Assembly: GCF_006345805.1 (NCBI RefSeq)
Contig: NC_043003.1
Location: 58,094,001-58,158,000, forward strand
Direction: 5' to 3'
Source: Octopus sinensis
Taxonomy: Eukaryota
Length of the DNA: 64,000 bases
Within the stretch, counting starts at the first letter, position 1; each line of letters starts with the position of its first letter. A program made the position numbers and the translations under genes. Positions 13,026-24,900 of this stretch are shown piece by piece. The notes under the pieces are model-generated. The model saw only the letters and a program-made list of their open reading frames with translations, made no database searches and was not told the DNA's origin.

Positions 13026-14218
13026 CCATCGCCACCATCACAACTAATATTATATTATCCTCAGAAATTCTTCTTCATGATGGCATATATTTTCTGTGGT
13101 AACCCCAAACTACCTCCAGATACCCCTACTACCCACCCCACAGCCCACACCTGATTCGGTACATAATGTTTTATTTAGACAAGGGCAGAGAGTCTTAATT
13201 CAGATTTTATTCGCTTTCTTCTACAACTTTTGTCTTTCTGTGCAGTTTTTACTTTTTTTTTTCTTTTTTCTTTTATTTATTTATTTATTTGTTTGTCTCA
13301 CACCCACCCATCTCTGAATCACTGCCAGCTATCATATTACACACACACACACACATACACATGTGCTTGTACATACACAATCACACACAGTCACATGCAC
13401 ACACACACACACACACACATTTTCTTGCTCTAAGATGAGGTCTTTGTTTAATTCACTTTTGTACAAGGTTTGTTTTGTTTTTTTTATGCGTGTCATCTAT
13501 ATACACGTGTGTGTAAGTGTGTGTGTGCATGTGTCTCTGTCTGTCTGTCTCTCTGTCTGGTGGTTGTTGTTGTTGTTGCTATTATTAATGCGGAAAATAT
13601 CTTGTTTTGCATTAATTGAATTTCTATTTAAACTTTCAAGAAGGTACATGGTGTGTGTGTGTGTGTGTGTGTGTGTCTGTTTGTGTGTATGTGTGCATGT
13701 ATCTGCGTTTAGGATCTAGGTATACTGTGTGAAGTATATGTATGCGTTTGTCTGTGTTCTTGACTCTGTGTGTACATATAATCACGTATATGTACACACA
13801 TATACACATGCTACATACACACACGGATGCACACTCACACATTACTGGTCTGAGACCATCACCATCACCAGACATGGCCATGTGGTTAAGATGTTTGATT
13901 CCCAGCCATGTGGTTTCAGGTTCAGTCCCACTGCGTAGCACCTTGGGCAAGTGTCTGCTACAATAGCCCCTGACTAGCCATAAAAGCCTTTGTAAGTGGG
14001 TTTAGTTGACAGAAACTAAAGGAGAACCGTAATGTGTGTGTGTTACATAAACTAGACCACTTCTTCCAGTCCTCTGGTTTTGGTAAACTTCCATTAAGAA
14101 ACTCTCGAGCACTCAATCCTCAGTGGGACGGTGCACCATTTTGCTGAAGAATAATTGTTGGTTGCAAGTGGTACAACTGCTATACAACAAAATTATTTTT
14201 CTGAATTTTTCAAATGTA

Positions 14219-14588
14219 CAGGGTGATTCAAAAGTCTCCTTACATAGGAAAATTTTTTTTTTTTGAGACAGTTTATAAGATCCCCTAGATCCTCTGATCA
14301 GGCTCCTCTTGATTTCTATCTTTGGGGGCATTTAAAAGGCATGGTGTATCGCAGAAGGATAAAAGACATAAATGATTTGAAGGAACGCATCACCAAATCC
14401 TTTGCGCACGTATCACCAGATGTGCTATTATGAGTTTACAATGAATGGGATAAACGTATTGCTATGTGTATTCATAACAATGGTAACCATTTAGAGCCTG
14501 TTAAATAAAAAAAAAGCTGTTCTTATAAACCGTTTCTTATAAAAAAAGGTAAATTGTTCCTATGTATGGCGACTTTTGAATCACCCTG
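14219..14588 (+). mobile_element. Tc1/mariner-superfamily internal-deletion derivative (370 bp) with both TIRs and TA flanks
   Basis: TA at 14217-18 and 14589-90. Left TIR CAGGGTGATTCAAAAGTCTCCTTACATAGGA versus right reverse complement CAGGGTGATTCAAAAGTCGCCATACATAGGA; similarity extends about 60 bp to GTTTATAAGA. Confidence 0.93.
14281..14508 (+). pseudogene. Transposase C-terminal fragment, DDxD-type (rosa/maT-like)
   Basis: SPRSSDQAPLDFYLWGHLKGMVYRRRIKDINDLKERITKSFAHVSPDVLL*VYNEWDKRIAMCIHNNGNHLEPVK* matches the WPPRSPDLTPLDFFLWGYLK..VY and C...NG.HFE motifs; one internal TGA at 14431. Confidence 0.9.
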
Positions 14589-14604
14589 TATACTTATATA
14601 TAGA

Positions 14605-14890
14605 TATAAACTGGTACTCCATCACTTATGACGACGAGCTTGCTCATGAGATTAACATGCAAGTGGTTGAGCACTCCACAGACACGTGTACCCTTAATGT
14701 AATTCTCAGGGAGATTCAGCATGACACAAGGCTGGCCCTTTGAAATACAGGTACTACTCATTTCTGCCAGCTGATTGGACTGAAGTAATGAGAAATAAAG
14801 TGTCTTGCTCAAGGACACAACGTGCCACTGGGAATCAAACACGCGGCCCTGCAATCATGAGCCAAATACCTTAGCCACTAAGCCATGTGC
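14605..14890 (-). mobile_element. SINE family E
   Basis: tRNA-like head and GTGTCCTTGAGCAAGACACTTTATTTC block; homologous to 40878-41195 (+), with related copies at 21175-21410, 21560-21760, 23810-23965. Confidence 0.75.
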
Positions 14891-15589
14891 GTGTATATAT
14901 GTGTGTGTGTGTGTGTATACATATATAATATATATATATATACCCGTCCAACTCATGCTAGCATGGAAAGCGGACGTTAAACAATGATGATGATGATGAT
15001 GATATATAATATATATGTATATATATATATATAAGCACTGGTGTCATGTAAAAAGCATCCAGTACACTCTGTAAAGTGGTTGGCATTAGGAAGGGTATTC
15101 AACCACACACACACATCATCATCCATCATCATCATCATCATCATCATGACATATGGCCTTGTGGTAAGAAGCTCATTTTGAAACCGCATGGTTTTGAGTT
15201 CAGTCTCATTACACAGCACCTTCTGGTGTCTTCCTGTATAGCTTCAGGCTCACACACACACACATACGCACACACATAATACACATGAACAACATTCCAA
15301 ATTTTGTTAACTCCCACCAAAAATTATAAATCTTGATTATTAAATTTGTTTTCCTTTCCCCTTTTATCAAAAAGTTCAGGGTGGAATTTTAGGGGTATCT
15401 TTCCATTTGTTTTCTTATTTTCCCTTTGCTCCTTCTCTCCCCTAATTCTTTCAATTATCTTCAAAAATATTCATTTAAATGTTTTCACAAATGGCAACTA
15501 TTTCATTCATTTCTTTCTCTTTGGCTTTTGTCTCCATTCAGTCAATCATAAAAGCATTTTCTGTTTTATCTTGTATCTTTTATCTCTTA

Positions 15590-15970
15590 TCTGTTCTAGT
15601 TATTTATTTGATTGTGGTCATGCTGGGGCACCACCTTGAAGAATTTTAGTAAAACAAATCAACCCCAGTATTTATTTTTTTTAAGCCTGGTGCTTATTCC
15701 AGCAGTTACCTTAGCCAAACCTTCTAAGTTACAGGAATGGAAACAAACCAACACCAGTTGTCGGGTGGTGGTTGGAGAACAAACACAGACACACAAACAT
15801 AGATGTGTATACATATATATACACTACTGGCATCTTTCAGTTTCCATCTACTGAACCCACTGACAAGGCTTTGGTCATCCCAAGGCTATAGTTGAAGATA
15901 CTTGCCCAAGATGTCACGCAGTGGGACTGAACCCAGAACCATGTGGTTGGGAAGCAAGCTTCTTACCACA
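15590..15970 (-). mobile_element. SINE-A, degenerate near full length
   Basis: Tail, body and head segments colinear with the other A copies. Confidence 0.85.
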
Positions 15971-16004
15971 AAACTTTATCTGCACCTTATATATATTATA
16001 TATC

Positions 16005-16298
16005 CGACTCGTGGCCGATGCCAGCACCGCTCGACTGGCTTCCGTGCCGGTGGCACTAAATACACCAATCGACCGTGGCCGTTACCAGCCTCGCCTGGCA
16101 CCTGTGCAGGTGGCACGTAAAGCACCCACTACACTCACTGAGTGGTTGGCGTTAGGAAGGGCATCCAGCTGTAGAAACATTGCCAGATTACTGGAGCCTG
16201 GTGGCAGCCTTCTGGCTTCCCAGAACCCCGGTCGAACCGTCCAACCATGCTAGCATGGAGAACGGACGTTAAACGATGATGATGATGATGATGATGAT
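16005..16298 (+). mobile_element. Family C element (RTE-derived non-autonomous)
   Basis: GAGTGGTTGGCGTTAGGAAGGGCATCCAGCTGTAGAAAC block followed by GAACCGTCCAACCATGCTAGCATGGAGAACGGACGTTAAAC(GAT)n tail. Confidence 0.85.
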
Positions 16299-16523
16299 CA
16301 CGTTGAACCATTAATCCAACACCTTTTATCTCTCCCATTTTTTTTTCATACTCTCCGTTTTTGGGGGTTTTTTTCCCCTCTTAACCCTTTCTGTTGAAGA
16401 GCATAGGCTCGAAACATAAAAAGACTTTTCCATCTTCCTGAGCATTAAACTAATACACCTGCTTGTTGTTTCTACACCTGTCTTCATCTTTTGTTTTCAG
16501 TAAATTTAAACTATCCATATATG

Positions 16524-16576
<53 letters not shown>

Positions 16577-17053
16577 GTATATGTATAGATATAGATATAT
16601 ATAGATATATGTATATATTTGGTGGTCTTTAAGTTTCTGTCTAGCAAACTCACTCAGAAGGCTTTGGTCGGCTAAGGCTATAATAGAAAACAAGGCGCCA
16701 TGCAGTGAAACTGAACCTGAAACTATGTGGTTGAGAAGCAAGCTTCTTACCATACAACCACTGACTTTTAGCTTTGAATTTACCATAGAGCTTCAAAAGC
16801 CTCTTCATGAATCAATCTTTTTAGTTATCTATTTGTCTTTCCTCTATTCATCCATCTGTATGCCTTCCTGTCTGTTTCTATTTTTGTCAGTCTGCCTATT
16901 TATCTATATGCCTATCTGTCTCTTTGTATCTCTCTCTCTTTATATATATATATATATATATATATTTGTATAGGCTAGGAAAAAAATTATAGAAATTTTT
17001 TTTTTCTACCAGTGGCCTAGTATGCATACAAAGTCAATAGACATATTTTTCAT

Positions 17054-17308
17054 ATTTATACACAAAGAGGCAAGCCATTAGCAGGTGGCCTAACATACTA
17101 GAAAGAACAGTCAAGAAGTCCAAACCACAGTTAAGAGCAATTTCGAAGGAAATAAAAAAATAAAAACATTTACCATGTTTTACAGCCAGACCTCAGGTTT
17201 CGAACTTTAATTAGCAAATAAAATAATTTATCTGTGGTTTGGACTTTTTGACTGTTCTTTCTAGTAGGTTAGGCAACCTGCTAATGGCTTGCCTCTTTGT
17301 GTATAAAT
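17054..17308. mobile_element. MITE-like element with 81-bp terminal inverted repeats
   Basis: 17054-17134 versus reverse complement of 17228-17308: 77/81 identical; 93-bp AT-rich non-coding spacer. Confidence 0.85.
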
Positions 17309-17336
17309 GTACACTAATTTATATATACATATATAT

Positions 17337-17371
<35 letters not shown>

Positions 17372-17399
17372 CATGTGCTAGATGGCAGTCTGTCTTTGT

Positions 17400-17802
17400 T
17401 TTCTGCTTCTCTCTCTTCTTTAATCTATCTATCTAGCTAGCTGTATCTAATTATATACCTGTCTATTTAGTAGTGTCTATATATCTATCATTATCTGTAT
17501 AGCTACTGATTTATCTACCTGTCTGGCTGTTTGTGTGTATATATTTATCTATGTCTATCTACCCGTCTCTCCATCTCTATATCTATCTGTCTGGCTCTAT
17601 GTCTATCCGTCTGAATATTTGTCTGTCTGTCTGTATAACTGTCTATCTGTCTATCTATCCATATCCATCTATACATCGATGTACATATCTATTTATTTAT
17701 CTATCTATTGATCCATCCATTCATCTATCCTCTATGTACATATTTATCATTCTGTCTATCTATCTATCTGTCTATCTATCTGTCTATCTATCCGTCTCTC
17801 TG

Positions 17803-17893
<91 letters not shown>

Positions 17894-18130
17894 GTCTATC
17901 TATCAATCCTATCCTATCTTATCCTGTCCTATCCATCCAGCCGTCTATTTATTTATCCACCTACCCATCCATTCATCTATCCATCTATTTATCGGTCTGT
18001 CTGTCTGTCTGTTTATCTGCTGTCTATATATCTATCGATCCATCTATCCACACATATATATATCTGTATCTATCTATTTTGTGTACGTCTGTTTATCAAT
18101 CTATATTTGTCTGTCTGTCTGTTAGTCTTG
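17400..18130. repeat. Degenerate (TCTA)n/(TCTG)n/(TCCA)n field
   Basis: Tetranucleotide tracts producing the SIYL-repeat ORFs; a similar field lies at 28440-28890. Confidence 0.9.
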
Positions 18131-20361
18131 TGTCTCCGCTCCGCTTTTACCCAATTTCTCATTCCAATTCTTAATCACCTTTTACTCATCATCCACTTCC
18201 TCTCCTAAAACAATATCCTGTCTTCTTGGGAGAATTCCATCTAGAAACAAACCATTGTGGGGTGGCACTACCTCGAAACCTTCACCGCCTCCATACTTAA
18301 TCCCCCACCCCCAACACACCCACCCACACATACCACCCACTCCCACACACACTCCCCACACCCTCTCATAACGACTCTTCTTCATTTTACTCCAAGACAA
18401 TAGAAGCTTCCGGAGAGAGAGAACTCAACTAATGGCATCTCCATTACTCTCGTAATCTCTTTCATCTCCTGCTTGAGATCTCCATCTGTCTGCCTGTCTG
18501 TTTGTATGTGCGTATGTGCATGTATATATACACACACATATGTGTGTATGTACTGTGTATACTTGCATGTGTGTCTGTGTGTGTGTTTGTGCGGTGATGT
18601 GTAGCAATTTTTTAAACTTAGTGACTAAATGAACATTGTTTAATGATGTGTGTACCTATGTGCAAGTGTATGTGTATGGATGTGCATTTGTGTGTATGTG
18701 CATTTTGTATGTGTGTGTGTGTGTATGCGTCCACACACATGTATATGTATACTATATATGTGTGTGTGTGTGTAATGCGATGTGAAACAAATCTTAAAAT
18801 CTAGTGACTTAAATGAACATTGCTTAATGACCTGTTTATATGTGTGCAAATGTGTGTGTGTGTGTGTGTATAGTGTTGTCAATGTTGTTGCTGTTGTTGT
18901 TGTTTTTGGCTTCAATAATTTAAAGATTTTCATAAACTTCGTGTTGGGATTGATAAATAAATTTGAAGACTTACGGACAATGAATTGAAGCAATGATGTG
19001 ATAACCTGTGTGTGTGTGTGTGTGTTTGTGCGTCACTGTGTGTCTCTACATGTATGTGTCTCCTTGTGTGTGTGTGTGTGTTGTGTGTGTGTGTGTCTCA
19101 GTATGTATGTCTGTATATGTTTGTGTGTCTGTATGCATGTGTATGTCTCTATTTGTGTGTGTGTGTGTGTGTATGTGTGTGAGAATGACTGCTTGTGTGT
19201 ATGTGTGACTCTGTGTGTGTGTGTGAAAATGTGTGTTTCTTTATTTTCTGCATCTGTGCGTGTGTATGTAATTGTTTTCATGTGTGTATATATGCTGACT
19301 TTCCCTTAAATGATGGTGATGATGATGATGATGGTGGTAGTGATGATGAAGGTAATGTTCAGAGTTCTCATCGCATTATGTAAATAAGTGAGTGTGTCCT
19401 TTATGTGTGCATAAGAGAGAGAGAGAGAGAGAGTGATCATGTGTGTCCAGCTTGTTGTTTCACCTCAGGTCATCTCTGATCAAACAGGCCTATGATCAAA
19501 GACATTCCAGCTGTGACCATCCTGTCTTTTTCCCTTTGAGCAGTGAACTGAAACCTCGTTATCCAATCTATTCTTTTCTAAGATGGTGTGGTATGATTTC
19601 AAAGGGACCCATCAGGCTGTTATTTCTAGCTGGTTGAGTAACCACACACAGGCTCACACATTGATTTTGATTACCCAAGCTCTGTGGGTTTGCTATGTTT
19701 GTATGTGCATGCATCCACCTTACTTAGTTGATAAAGATGAGGATGATGCTGATGATGATGATAATGATGATAATGATGTCATTCTGTTTAGAGGTCATAC
19801 TTACTACTGAATAAGTGTCAGCTTTCTATGGGATGAGTGGACAGCAGGAGAAATCTTCAGAGGAAGAATTCCATCAAGTAAATATTTTACCCCATTAATT
19901 CCTGACACTCTAAAGGAGCTGGGCACACCTAGGTCATGACTCCGAGGTGTTTTCCTGCTGTTTTTGAAACGCTGCCTTTAGTGGGAATTGATCTCGCAAC
20001 CTTTGGGTGGTCTTATTTACCACCGCTGCAATATTGTATACTGTACTTCACATGCTTCACAGTCTGTTTTTTTTTTTTAGTTGTTAAAAACCCTATCAAA
20101 ACAGGCAGTGAAAGCATGGCACAGTCTTCTGTCTAGCCAGCTCCTGTCAAACCGTCCAACCCATGCCAGCATGGAAAATGGACGTTAAATGATGAGGATG
20201 ACATATGTCTACAAGAAGTATAGTCCTCAAAGAATCTGAATCTGCAATTTATACAGGGGAACAGTTAAAGATCCACAAGGAGATGGTCGTTTGGTTGTCA
20301 GAGGATTTTGATGGCCAACTGTAAGCAAATAATTTGTGCTTTCATTGAAAATTTTCTTACT

Positions 20362-20765
20362 AGGCATAGGAGTGGCTGTGTGGTAAGTAGCTTGCTTACG
20401 AACCACATGGTTCCAGGTTCAGTCCCACTGCGTGGCACCTTGGGCAAGTAAATGTATTCTACTATAGCTTTGGGTCGACCAAAGTCTTGCGAGTGGGTTT
20501 GATAGACAAAAACTTAAAGAAGCCCGTCGTATATATGTATATATATATATGTATGTGTGTGTATATGTTTGTCCACCTACCCCCCAACATTGCTTGACAA
20601 CCGATACTGGTGTGTTTACGTCCCTGTAACTTAGCAGTTCGGCAAAAAGAGACCGATAGAAAAAGTACTAGGCTTACAAAGAATAAATCCTGGGGTCAAT
20701 TTGCTCGACTAAAGGCGGTGCTCCAGCATGGCCACAGTTACATGACTGAAACAAGTAAAAGAGTT
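20362..20765 (+). mobile_element. SINE-A, full length
   Basis: GGCATAGGAGTGGCTGTGTGGTAAG head, GGTTCAGTCCC B box, internal microsatellite, GACTGAAACAAGTAAAAGAG tail. Confidence 0.92.
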
Positions 20766-20795
20766 ACTCAAACCCTTTGCTTCCTGTGTTTCGGT

Positions 20796-20890
20796 AAAAC
20801 TAGTTTTTAAACATTGAATGACTGTTGGGGTCTACCAGGATTAAATAATAATCAAAGGGGTCCATTGATAAAAAATGGTCAAGACTCCTG
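20796..20890 (-). mobile_element. hAT-like MITE terminal fragment
   Basis: Reverse complement CAGGAGTCTTGACCATTTTTTATCAATGGACCCCTTTGATT...AAAAACTAGTTTT matches 58132-58215 and 59041-59085. The superfamily call rests on CAG(G/T)G.TTCTCAACC-type termini only. Confidence 0.55.
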
Positions 20891-20891
20891 A

Positions 20892-21104
20892 TTTAGCATT
20901 TAAGCCAGCCATATCCAGCCCGAATATTCTACCTGTTTTATGTTCAGACTGACCAGATCTGGCCTCTCACACCTACCCTAAAATGTCATTCTAAAAAAAC
21001 AATCACATTGAAATCTGAAAGCTGAGAAAATGCAAGATTAACTCAAAGCATGTGAATAAATAAGCATTACAGTTGACAAATTAATCTAAATGCTAAAGGA
21101 TTAA
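20892..21104 (+). mobile_element. piggyBac-like MITE (TTAA end), left end eroded
   Basis: TTTAGCATTTAA...AATGCTAAAGGA-TTAA; colinear with 44662-45245. Confidence 0.7.
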
Positions 21105-22408
21105 AGGACCAAGTTTTCTGAAATAGTCACTCAATTTAATAGCTGATAATTGATCTTGAGACTATCACAGCTGTGGAGACACATGGCTTAGTGGTTAGAG
21201 TATTGGACTCATGACTGTAGGATTGTGGTTTCAATTCCTGGACCAGGTGAGACATTGAACAAAACACTTCATTAAAGTTGCTCCAGTCCACTCAGCTGGC
21301 AAAAAATGTGCAAACCTGCGACAGACCGGTGTCCTGTCCAGGTGAGAAATAAATACCATGAAAACCAGGAAAATGGCCCTTATGAGTCACTATGACTTGA
21401 AAAAGGATCTTTACCTTTTTATTTATTTTTTTTGTTTACTGTCACAGCTGGAATGTTTTTGGTCTGCCTTTTAGATTAGAATTGACCTGGGGTTGAATAG
21501 CAACCACAACAACAGCAATTTAGGTCACAAGTCCATCATCAACTCCAAGGGCCAGTTTCCTAGTTTCATAGCATATAAATTCCCTACCTGGATGGGACAC
21601 TAGTCCATCACAGGGTAACTCATTCTTGCCAGCTGAGTGGACTGCCGCAGGGTGAAACAATGTGTTTTGCTCAAGAACACAATGTGTCACCTGGTCCAGG
21701 AATCAGAACCACAATCTTAAGATCATGAGTCCAACACCCTAACCACTAAGCCATATTCCTCTATGCAACTTCAGTCACCCCTCACTCCTTCAACTCTCCT
21801 CTCCCTGCTCTCCCTGTCCCCATTCACATATGATCCTTAATGCTCCATGCCTAATTAAGGAATCATTATTTCAGTTAACAAGATTATAGTTTCAAATCAT
21901 CCTCTTGCCCAACCCCCACCAACCGCTCGCCCCCCCCCTGTCTTCCATTCTGGATGATGTAGTCTTTAAAGATGGGGTTTGGATTGAGAAAGAGAGACAG
22001 ACAGACGGAAAGACACATGGACAGACAAAAAGAGAAACATTTAGCAGGGTTAGCAAGTATGTCAACAACACCCTACCCCCCCACAGCATCTCATCCCCCC
22101 CCCCCCGCTTTCCTTCTGAAATGTATCTGTGACTCCTCCTCACCTAGATTCACAGGGTAGGGTTGAAATTTTCCTCGTTAGTGGTGGTTGTTGCTGTTGT
22201 TGTAGTAGTAGTAGCAGTAGTAGTAGTAGTAATCTAAATTCGTTCTAGCAGCAGGATATGAGTACCATTTTACTAAATTTCATCATTGTAACAGTCATCT
22301 TGTTTGTCACCAACATCATCATCATCGTCGTCGTCATCGTCATTGCCATCGTCATTCTAACCATTCCTGACATTGCGCCTATTATTGTCATCGCAACTGT
22401 CACTAACC

Positions 22409-22443
<35 letters not shown>

Positions 22444-23069
22444 CATTATCAAGAACAGTGTAGGTCCCACTGATTCTATTGTCTTCGAATTCTACCCCCT
22501 CCTGAAGCTACTGATAACAACAACAACAACAACAGCAGCAGCTACAATGATAATAATAACAATTAGGTTCTCTCTCTCCTTCCGAATATCCACCACCTCC
22601 CATCCACTTCTACATTTGCCCCCACCCCCACCTCCTCCAAAATAACTTGGAATTCTTTTAATGCATATTTAGTTTGAAAAAATATTTTTTTTAATAACAA
22701 AAGGGAAAAATGCAACTCGAACCAAAAAACAAATTAATTGTATATTATTATTATCATTATTATTATTATTATTATTATTATGTCCTTGTTTTTATTGGGG
22801 GTGTTTTGTTCTTGTTTTTTGCCACAAATTTCCCATTATTTTTTAATTTTAGGTCATACGATACTATTAGCAGCTTTCTTGAAAAAGAAAGATGTCTTTG
22901 GTGACATCATTATCTATTGTCAGTGAAGGTGACATACTAGGGGTCTTGGAAGCCCATCATCATAGCAGTTGTTATGAGTTTAAATTAAATGAATTTGAAT
23001 AGATTCAAATTAAAATTGGTGGAGATGGGGGAGGAAGGCATCCTGAACAAATTCTTTTACCAAAAGCAT

Positions 23070-23252
23070 AGAGGCGTACGAGTGGCTATGTGGTAAGTAG
23101 CTTGCTTACGAACCACATGGTTGTGGGTTCAGTCCCACTGCATGGCACCTGGGCAAGTGTCTTCTACTATAACCTCGGGCCGACCAAAGCCTTGTGAGTG
23201 GATTTGGTAGACAGAAACTGAAAGAAGCCCGTTGTATATATGTATGTATGTA

Positions 23253-23335
<83 letters not shown>

Positions 23336-23572
23336 GTGTATGTATGTGTGTATGTATGTGTGTATATGTTTGTGCATCTGTGTTTGTCACCCCCACCATT
23401 GCCTGACAACCGATGCTGGTGTGTTTATGTTCCCGTAACTTAGCGGTTCGGTGAAACAGACTGATAGAATAAGTACTAGGCTTACAAAGAATAAGTTCTG
23501 GAGTTGATTTGCTCGACTAAAAGGTGGTGCTCCAGCATGGCCACAGTCAAATGACTGAAACAAGTAAAAGAG
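23070..23572 (+). mobile_element. SINE-A, full length with expanded internal microsatellite
   Basis: Head, about 150 bp of (TA)n(TG)n(TATG)n in the middle, conserved tail. Confidence 0.92.
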
Positions 23573-24097
23573 TATGTGCGGTTTATGTGTGTGTGTGTGT
23601 GTTCCATCATGACCATCATCATCACCATCAATCAACACCGTCATCACCACCACCACTACCATCACCATTTTTTTACTTTTTACTTGTTTTAGTCATTTGA
23701 TTGTGGCCATGCTGGGGCACCATCTTGAAGAATTGTAAGCCTGGTACTTATTCTGTCAGTTTCTTTTGCCATACCACTAAGTTACGGGGATGTAAACACA
23801 ACAACACAACATTAGCAGGTTCCCTCGTCAAACAGGTATTACCTGTACAGGTGCAAAGTGTGATGCATGTCTGACAATGAAGTGATCACAGAGTAACATG
23901 AAATAAAATGTTTTGCTTAAAAACACAACACACCACCCAATCTAGGAATTGAATCCATGATTTTGCATGTATTCTCATGTATATTAACAGCAATGTATAT
24001 CATCATTGTTTTAACGTCCACTTTTCCATGCTTGCATGGTTGGACAAAATTCACCAAGGTAGATTTTTCTGCAGTAGGATGCCTTTCTTGTTACATC

Positions 24098-24349
24098 TTG
24101 AGAGAAAAGTTGGGCATAAGAGGCATCAGATGTGGTGTGCAAGAGAGACAACTGTACTAGTATGGTCATGTGATGTGTATGGACGAGGACAGTTGTGTGA
24201 AGGAGTGCTGATCTCTAACTGTGGAGAGAACATGTGGTAGACGTAAACCCAGGAAGACATGGGACGAGGTGGTGAAGCATGAACTTCAAACTTGGGGCCT
24301 CATGGAGGCATTGACTCGTGACTGAGACCTTTGGGGACATGCCAAGTGA
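24098..24349 (+). pseudogene. RTE-clade LINE ORF2 C-terminal relic
   Basis: LREKLGIRGIRCGVQERQLY*YGHVMCMDEDSCVKEC*SLTVERTCGRRKPRKTWDEVVKHELQTWGLMEALTRD*DLWGHAK* matches the RTE C-terminal pattern (RLRWYGHV.R, GRP.KTW...V..D, DR..WR); three in-frame stops. Confidence 0.85.
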
Positions 24350-24687
24350 AATTGTAGTCATGGCCAATGCTGGTGTCACATAAATGACATCTGTGCCGGT
24401 GACACGTTAAAAGTATCTTTCAAGTGTTGAGCCTCATGGCAGCAAGGTTGCCAATGCCTGTGGTACATGAAAAGCTTCTTTTGAGTCTTGAGCCTCATGG
24501 AGGCAATGACAAATGACCGAGACTTTTGGCGTTATTCCATGTTTGAGATGACCCGTCAAGCCAAGTGAAATCGTTGTCATGGCAAATACTGGTGTCATGC
24601 AAATGGCATGTAAAAGCACCCATTACTCTCTTGGAGTGGTTGGCATTAGGAAGGGCATCCAGTCATAGAAACTATGCCAAATCAATT

Positions 24688-24900
24688 AAGGCAGTGAACT
24701 GACAGAAACGTTAGCATGTTGAGCGAAACGCTTAGCGGTATGAGTTCAAATTACGCCGAGGTCCACTTTGCCTTTCATCCTTTCGAGGTCGATAAATTAA
24801 GTACCAGTTACGCACTGGGGTCGATGTAATCAACTTGATCCCTTTTTCTTTCCTTGTTTGTCCCCTCTATGTTTAGCCCCTTGTGGGCAATAAAGAAATA
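24688..24900 (+). mobile_element. SINE-B (B2 tail) inserted into a family C element
   Basis: Complete head and B2 tail, flanked by a degenerate direct repeat AGAAACYATGYCAAAT (about 24667-24682 and 24901-24916). Confidence 0.85.

Noticed and set aside
20362-20440. tRNA-like sequences with A and B boxes (many copies)
   Set aside because: These are SINE heads: no complete cloverleaf, and always fused to SINE bodies.
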